DNA from: a virus
Reading direction: 5' to 3' (one strand)
DNA: 64,000 nucleotides
Virus record (IMG/VR): IMGVR_UViG_3300018080_007253
Location: 356-64,355 of that record
The notes beneath the pieces were generated by a model. It was given only the letters and a program-made list of their open reading frames with translations, ran no database searches and was not told the origin of the DNA. Below, in pieces: positions 58,310 to 64,000 of this stretch (positions within the stretch are counted from its first letter, which is position 1; each line of letters starts with the position of its first letter). A program made the position numbers and the translations under genes.

Positions 58310-59702
58310 TGTCTTCCACTAACCTACCAATTCCTGTGTCCTTAAAAAATCCACAACTTTTGTCTGCCTTAAACCCTATATATTCGTTAAATTTAATTCC
58401 TTTTCCAGCCCTGACTTTATCTATTAAAAACTTATGTGTTCCTTCGTTATCATCCATCATTCTTTCTTGCCTACTTTTTTCTTGAAAATATATAACGGCA
58501 TCGGCGTTATGTCTTATTCTGTCTGAGCCAGCAATGAACATTTCTTTATTTAACTGAGCTGTACACAGTACAGAAATACCATATTGCTGAGCGACATTTC
58601 TTAATTTGCTTACTTCTTTCCCAAGTCTTTCATATTCTTTTTCATTACCATTTCCCCTATCAACATCAAGTCTGAAATAATCAAAAACAAGAAAAGATTT
58701 GTTATAATTCCCATTTTTATCGAATTTTACATGTCTATTTACAAATCTTCTGATTGATGAAATAATGCTTTGCTCGCTTTTTCCTACAGCATCTTCATAG
58801 AAAAGCGGAAAATTTGGAAATAATCGCTTAATATTGTTATATCTTTCTACTTCATTTTCATTTTTCATCCATTGTGCAGTTTCTATCCTATTGAACCCAA
58901 GGTTAGCCCACGCTCCAGTTACTCTTGTTACTATCATTTCTTGTCCAAGTTCTGTATCAAGGTAAAGGGTCGGATACCCTCTTATTGCGTTCTGTAGCGC
59001 CGCATGTACAGACAATAAAGACTTGCCCTGTCCTGGACGCCCACAGATAAAAGTCATTGTTCCTGGGCGTATACCGCCGCCTATTGCGTCGTCTAATGTC
59101 TCAAAGCCAGTCGTAAGTCCAACAACAGGGTCGTCTGCAAATTTTTGCAATGTTTCTTCAATTACATCTGTAACCCTTACAATTGAATCTTTTTTAATAT
59201 TTTCAAGAACAAATTCATGTATATTATTTTCTACAATTTCCAAAGATTCTGTGGCCGTATCAGCATCCTTTAGTGCTATTTTTGACTGATCTAATATTTT
59301 TAACAATTGTCTTTTAAAGCTAAGGCTTTTTATTTTTCCAGCATATATCTCTATATTTTTATAATCAACACTTGTATCAAACAACTTATGTATATTTTCT
59401 TTTACTTTAGCAACATTGGAGAAAGAAAATCCTAATTCTTGTCCTTTATTTATTAAAGATGCTTGTTCAACCGCTATGTTATTGCACGCCAAATCTTTAA
59501 TGGTTTGGTATATTTCACTATAATATCTATTGCTAAAATCTCTATATGTTACACTTTCCTCATCTATTTCAATACATAACTTTGGATTTTGTGCTATAAT
59601 TGCAAGCAAACTAAATTCAGTATGTCTACTTATTAGTTTTTCATCTTTACTCATACCGATTGCTTCCCTTCTTTGCTTCACTTTGCTTGCGGAAATAAAC
59701 AT
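58293..59702 (-). CDS. dnaB: replicative DNA helicase
   Basis: GLTTGF..LD..IGGG, GRPGQGKS, YLDTEL, VFDY, AQLN, DKVRAG. The true start may be MSKDEK at 59654. Confidence 0.88.
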   Translation of the reverse strand: MFISASKVKQRREAIGMSKDEKLISRHTEFSLLAIIAQNPKLCIEIDEESVTYRDFSNRYYSEIYQTIKDLACNNIAVEQASLINKGQELGFSFSNVAKVKENIHKLFDTSVDYKNIEIYAGKIKSLSFKRQLLKILDQSKIALKDADTATESLEIVENNIHEFVLENIKKDSIVRVTDVIEETLQKFADDPVVGLTTGFETLDDAIGGGIRPGTMTFICGRPGQGKSLLSVHAALQNAIRGYPTLYLDTELGQEMIVTRVTGAWANLGFNRIETAQWMKNENEVERYNNIKRLFPNFPLFYEDAVGKSEQSIISSIRRFVNRHVKFDKNGNYNKSFLVFDYFRLDVDRGNGNEKEYERLGKEVSKLRNVAQQYGISVLCTAQLNKEMFIAGSDRIRHNADAVIYFQEKSRQERMMDDNEGTHKFLIDKVRAGKGIKFNEYIGFKADKSCGFFKDTGIGRLVEDIEDDQ

Positions 59703-60138
59703 TTTTTATTGTGCTAAGATATGTGTTAAGTGCTATTGGCATTGCTTCAAGTCGCTCTTCCTTTTCCACTTGTTCTTCCATCAAATAAAATATATCAGAA
59801 AGCTGTTTGTCGCTTTTGCGTGCTTCAAGCATTCTTTCATCTTTGCTTTTGCCTTTCAGCGTTTGTGAGCTCATAATACGAGCAAGCCTATCATTAAATT
59901 TTGTTTGAAAATATTTCTTTAGGCTTTTCGCTTTTGATAACTCATTTGATAAAAAAACAATATATTGTGATAGAAACATTAGTATAATTTCTAATTGCTT
60001 CAAGCTGAGGCTTTGAAAACTTTTTGGTTGTTCATTAAGGATAGACTCAACCCTTTCATTTGCAGCCTTCACATCTACAACTGTTTCTTGTGACCACTTT
60101 TTTAGCTTTTGCCCTAATTTGCCCATTTCATCTTCCAT
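59647..60138 (-). CDS. helical hypothetical protein (possible recombination mediator)
   Basis: Coiled-coil ORF between recA and dnaB; function from context only. Confidence 0.4.
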   Translation of the reverse strand: MEDEMGKLGQKLKKWSQETVVDVKAANERVESILNEQPKSFQSLSLKQLEIILMFLSQYIVFLSNELSKAKSLKKYFQTKFNDRLARIMSSQTLKGKSKDERMLEARKSDKQLSDIFYLMEEQVEKEERLEAMPIALNTYLSTIKNVYFRKQSEAKKGSNRYE

Positions 60139-60535
60139 TGATCTTCTCCAAAATTAATCGTTTTGTTTTGTCAATATTTTTTGCAATTGTATGACAAATT
60201 CTTATAAGTTTTATATTATTGAGATCACAAAGTTGTTCTTTTTTGTAATCATTTTGTTTTGCTGTTAAATAGCCGACATAATTATTGTGATAAAATTTAG
60301 TAAACTTTTTATGTTGACTGCCATCGACTTCTATTGCCGTTGATAATTCATAAATATAAAAGTCAAGAAAAAGTCCATCTATAGGTAGCTCTTCTATAAT
60401 ACTTAGATGTGGGAAAAGACTCTTGAGCACACTTTTAACATTTCGATGATTGATAGACACATTTTCTTTTTTTCTATTTTTTATTTTATTTATATTGATT
60501 ATTTGTTCGTAGCCATTAAGTCTTTTTAATTTCAT
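60128..60535 (-). CDS. DUF559/Vsr-like endonuclease
   Basis: LFLDFYI....AIEVDGSQH...D..K...C......LIRI. Confidence 0.75.
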   Translation of the reverse strand: MKLKRLNGYEQIININKIKNRKKENVSINHRNVKSVLKSLFPHLSIIEELPIDGLFLDFYIYELSTAIEVDGSQHKKFTKFYHNNYVGYLTAKQNDYKKEQLCDLNNIKLIRICHTIAKNIDKTKRLILEKINGR

Positions 60536-61533
60536 TCAGAAAGGAGCTCCATTACTTCATTTTTCAAACTGTCAAATGCCTTTGTGTTTTCGGCAAGCCC
60601 TTCCGCTAATCCTATCTCTCCCTGCCATTTGTAATCATTATAGCTATACCACGCACCGCTCTTTTTGACAATTCCACATTGTACACCAATAAGAGCAATA
60701 TCAAGCTCTGCGCTAAATCCATTCCCATAAATTAATGGGACTTCACACGCTTGATATGGTGCTGCAAATTTATTTTTTACACATTGTATTTTTACATAGT
60801 TTCCTATGGTTCTCTTAGATTTTTCTATTCTCTTAGATTTTTTCAATTGTATGCGCCTGTCTGCATAAAATTTTATTGCTCTTCCTCCAGGGGTGCTGTC
60901 GTTGGCTCCATAAGGACTAAGATTGTCACGAAGCTGATTTAGCAGTATGAGACATGATTGTTGTTCAAAAAGGAGTGATTTTACCTTTGGCAAAAAAGTA
61001 GAAAAAATACGGGCTATTGGTGCCATAAAATCTTTGTTTGCACTTTCTTCAATTTGTGCCGCACTAATACACGCAGGAATTGAATCTAACACAATCAAAG
61101 ATTTAGGAGACTGCTTTATAATCAATTCACACATATCGACTGCCTCGTTGCCACTCTTGGGTCTAAAAAAACATTCTCGCAATCTGTCTTTGTCTAATCC
61201 ATCTACAGTGTCTACAAGAGAAGCTGTCAACCCACGCTCCATATCAATATAAAATGCTTCCATATCTTGCTTTTGTGCGTTACATACAAGCCTAAGCGCC
61301 AAGCTTGTTTTTCCAGCCGCCTCGTTTCCATATATTTCTGTAACTCCTGGATTGATACCGCCTCCAATAATTTTATCTATAGACATAACGTTTGTAGGAA
61401 TTGTGTATGGTGGCTCAAGCCCTTCAAGTGTTGTTTGAACAGATTTTCCAAACCTCTTAGTGATCAATGCGGCAATTGAAATGTCATCATTTATTTTTTG
61501 TTTTTTCTTAGCCATCGTATTCTCCGAAAACAT
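60532..61533 (-). CDS. recA: RecA-like recombinase
   Basis: TEIYGNEAAGKT, IDME, IVLDSI, LNQLR, TPGGRAIKFYA, VKNK, G.WYSY. Confidence 0.92.
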   Translation of the reverse strand: MFSENTMAKKKQKINDDISIAALITKRFGKSVQTTLEGLEPPYTIPTNVMSIDKIIGGGINPGVTEIYGNEAAGKTSLALRLVCNAQKQDMEAFYIDMERGLTASLVDTVDGLDKDRLRECFFRPKSGNEAVDMCELIIKQSPKSLIVLDSIPACISAAQIEESANKDFMAPIARIFSTFLPKVKSLLFEQQSCLILLNQLRDNLSPYGANDSTPGGRAIKFYADRRIQLKKSKRIEKSKRTIGNYVKIQCVKNKFAAPYQACEVPLIYGNGFSAELDIALIGVQCGIVKKSGAWYSYNDYKWQGEIGLAEGLAENTKAFDSLKNEVMELLSE

Positions 61534-61945
61534 TCTTCTTTTGTTTTACATTAAGTTCTATTAAGCGCTTATCGCCATCTTCTTTTCCTATAATATTATG
61601 CTCTATGTCTTTTTTATTTTTTGCATCAATTTCTTTTTTTTCTTTTAATGTTATTCTTTTCTTTTTTCTTTTCGTCTTTGCAATTTCTTTTTTTCCGAAT
61701 CTATCTAATGCAATACCGAAAAAATCTACCGCTTTTATATTAGGCTCTCTATTTAATATTGCATATAGTTTATTTTTTGTTTGGAGAAATGTTTTTCTTG
61801 CATTAGGTTTTCCAGAACTTTTATACCAAAACTTTGGACATAAATCTAAACCATATTTTTGTAGGCAAACAAATTCTGCTATAGCATCTATCATATAGAA
61901 GGTGTGTCCGGGTGTTGTAACTGACCTGAATGTTTTCTCTTTCAT
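61508..61945 (-). CDS. hypothetical protein
   Basis: Basic 145-aa ORF within the operon. Confidence 0.55.
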   Translation of the reverse strand: MKEKTFRSVTTPGHTFYMIDAIAEFVCLQKYGLDLCPKFWYKSSGKPNARKTFLQTKNKLYAILNREPNIKAVDFFGIALDRFGKKEIAKTKRKKKRITLKEKKEIDAKNKKDIEHNIIGKEDGDKRLIELNVKQKKNVFGEYDG

Positions 61946-62319
61946 GTTGCAGGAATTCCTATGTCGTTATAAAATTTTGGAATATTCCCCAATACTTCTT
62001 TACATAAGTATTTGCCGTCTTCATTATACCAATAAATATAACATTTTTTTATATTATGAGGATGTTTGCACGCAACACCATATCCTTTTTTTATTTTTTG
62101 CCAATTGTTTTTTAATGATGCCTTAACATCGTGTACAAGAAAATAAAATTGTGAATGATTTCTTTTTATTTTTCTATAGTCTTTTCCCATAATTTCAAAT
62201 TTTTTTATTTTCAATTTGTTTATTTTACAATATTTTTGTAATTTTCTCCAAGAGACTATATCTTTTTCTTCATAAAAAACTTTATTATTAGATAGGGTAA
62301 TTTTAAAATATATAGACAT
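61942..62319 (-). CDS. hypothetical protein
   Basis: 125-aa ORF with an ATGA overlap downstream. Confidence 0.55.
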   Translation of the reverse strand: MSIYFKITLSNNKVFYEEKDIVSWRKLQKYCKINKLKIKKFEIMGKDYRKIKRNHSQFYFLVHDVKASLKNNWQKIKKGYGVACKHPHNIKKCYIYWYNEDGKYLCKEVLGNIPKFYNDIGIPAT

Positions 62320-62328
62320 ATTGACTTT

Positions 62329-62583
62329 CTAATTATAATAATTAACAATAATATTGTTGAACATTGTATTTTTAATAAAATCTTTCCGTATTTCTTTTGC
62401 CATTTTTTTATATATTTTTATTCTTTCTTCTGCAAACGGATATTGAATATCAACAATTTCTAAATGTATAGTTCTATTAGCCAAATTAATCTCATTTAAT
62501 AATAAATGAAATTTATATCTATTTAAATATTTCTTCCATTTTTTATACACCTTTTGAATATTCTTATAAAGATAAATCGACAT
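62329..62583 (-). CDS. hypothetical protein
   Basis: 84-aa ORF in operon orientation. Confidence 0.5.
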   Translation of the reverse strand: MSIYLYKNIQKVYKKWKKYLNRYKFHLLLNEINLANRTIHLEIVDIQYPFAEERIKIYKKMAKEIRKDFIKNTMFNNIIVNYYN

Positions 62584-62653
62584 TGAAACCCCAAAATGAT
62601 TTGTTGTGATGAATACGCTAAACTCTACTAATAATATCTACTAATTTGGCTTT

Positions 62654-63325
62654 TTATTCAATATTTTTTCTATATGCTCTAATAATTTTTTTGATAAGCT
62701 CTCCACGCACTATATCATTCTCAGTAAAATTAATAACTCCAACTTCCTTAATTCTCCCAAGTCTTTTTAGAGCATCTTCTAATCCATTATTTTTTTTGAT
62801 ATCAGTTTGTTCTAAGTCACCAGTTAATATAACTTTAGAATTATCATCCATTCGTGTCAAAATACACTTTAATTGACTTGGAAGACAATTTTGTGCTTCA
62901 TCTATAATTGTGAATGAACTTCTAAGAGTAATCCCACGAACATGTGCAATTGGAAATGCATGTATTTTATCATCTGCCACAAGCTGTTCAACTACACTTT
63001 TGTTGACAATATGTTGCAAATTATCAAGCAGCGGAAACATATATGGCGAAATTTTTTCATCGGCACTCCCTGGCAGTGCACCAAGCTTTTCTCCAACCAT
63101 TTCTACCGCTGGGCGCATTAATACAATTCTATTCACTCCGCCATTATGTACTTTTGTATACAATAGATCAAGAGCCTTACCCAATGCCAAAAAGCTCTTG
63201 CCTGACCCTGCAGGTCCTGTCACAATTACGACTCTTTTTTCATCAATAAGATCAAGGTATTTTGACTGATTAGTCGTTTTGGCTTCATAATGATAGGTTG
63301 GTTTTTTAGGTGATTTTTTTGACAT
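62654..63325 (-). CDS. phoH: PhoH-family ATPase
   Basis: GPAGSGKS, RPAVE, LGALPG, RGITL, IIDEAQN, LTR, GDLEQTD, IVRGELI. Confidence 0.93.
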   Translation of the reverse strand: MSKKSPKKPTYHYEAKTTNQSKYLDLIDEKRVVIVTGPAGSGKSFLALGKALDLLYTKVHNGGVNRIVLMRPAVEMVGEKLGALPGSADEKISPYMFPLLDNLQHIVNKSVVEQLVADDKIHAFPIAHVRGITLRSSFTIIDEAQNCLPSQLKCILTRMDDNSKVILTGDLEQTDIKKNNGLEDALKRLGRIKEVGVINFTENDIVRGELIKKIIRAYRKNIE

Positions 63326-63803
63326 TCTTTTCCTCGTTAAGTTGTTTTTTTATAAAGGCCAAACAAAATGCAGCAATTCTTTTTTCTATTTCTTCGATTT
63401 CGTTCGAAATATACCATGCAGCAGTTTGTATCCAAGGATGCAAATCTTCTTCTTTTGTTGAATCTTCGAGATATATTACTACAGGGGTGTCGCTATATGC
63501 CGCAAATACCATTTCGCTTTTTGTCCCTATTGAGGCGTTACCATTAAATATTGTTAAAACAACATCGGAATTTTTTACACCGTTCAGGTCGCCCTTTATC
63601 ATTTTGTTTACAATACTTTTCCAGGTTTTGGGGTTATTTTTCTTGATCTCTTTTACATTTTTGAATTCTTCATTATATTCAAATTCGCAAGGATCAATAA
63701 ACTCAATATCTTCATAGTTGCTAAAAACCTTTTTTATTCTGTCTCGTATCCCTCTGCCGCCATCGCTTTCTTTTTCTATAGGACCACACAGGTATATTTT
63801 CAT
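63306..63803 (-). CDS. nucleoside 2-deoxyribosyltransferase/nucleotide N-glycosidase family protein
   Basis: IYLCGPI...FIDP...DL..V..SDVV...GT..E...A....PV. Confidence 0.75.
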   Translation of the reverse strand: MKIYLCGPIEKESDGGRGIRDRIKKVFSNYEDIEFIDPCEFEYNEEFKNVKEIKKNNPKTWKSIVNKMIKGDLNGVKNSDVVLTIFNGNASIGTKSEMVFAAYSDTPVVIYLEDSTKEEDLHPWIQTAAWYISNEIEEIEKRIAAFCLAFIKKQLNEEKNVKKIT

Positions 63804-63971
63804 CGCAAACTCCTTCGGCTAAACTTAACCATTTCTTTTATGTTCATCCGGCACTTTTTTTCTTATATTTAATTAAAATATATTTAAAATTAGAATTTTT
63901 TGATATTTCATCTCGCATTTTATAAAAAAGTTTTTTTATTTTTTCTGGTATAGTTTTTTTACATCTTACAA

Positions 63972-63977
63972 ATTATA
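63972..63977 (-). promoter_or_regulatory. candidate -10 box for the minus-strand operon
   Basis: Perfect TATAAT on the minus strand in the intergenic DNA. The region is AT-rich and the -35 position falls at the window edge. Confidence 0.25.
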
Positions 63978-64000
63978 CATGGAGAAGTGAGAAATTTTTA

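Noticed and set aside
62590-62650. Short tandem ATTAGTAGA repeat (minus strand) downstream of phoH
   Set aside because: Only two 9-nt copies in AT-rich intergenic DNA; compatible with chance.
31115-63717. Numerous plus-strand ORFs within the minus-strand block
   Set aside because: They overlap well-supported genes on the opposite strand and show no recognisable domains.

Overview
This is a gene-dense, AT-rich segment of a large tailed dsDNA phage (standard code 11) made of two convergent blocks. The + strand (1-30,992) is a virion morphogenesis operon: neck genes, major tail tube, chaperone-like genes, a 2,433-aa TP901-type tape measure, a run of paralogous tail-tip/decoration proteins, and a tRNA-Pro(UGG). 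No sheath gene is visible, so a long non-contractile tail is likely. The - strand (31,122-63,803) carries a UDP-glucuronate decarboxylase (UDP-xylose synthase-like), three glycosyltransferase genes with six GT domains in total, four DNA methyltransferases (one truncated), two adjacent PD-(D/E)xK nucleases, purine/nucleotide salvage enzymes, two SSBs, DnaE, DnaG, DnaB, RecA and PhoH. Three similar LAGLIDADG inteins are present: two in the DnaE PHP domain and one in a glycosyltransferase. The main observation is that putative surface virion proteins are strongly and directionally enriched in Ser-Gly dipeptides (manual count about 85 SG vs about 18 GS in 3,220 aa, against about 5 vs 5 in the luminal tape measure), in a genome that also encodes a UDP-xylose synthase-like enzyme and multi-domain GTs. 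This suggests a phage-encoded, proteoglycan-like Ser-Gly O-glycosylation system for the virion. That link is inference and is untested. All product calls come from motif recognition by eye; no database searches were run.
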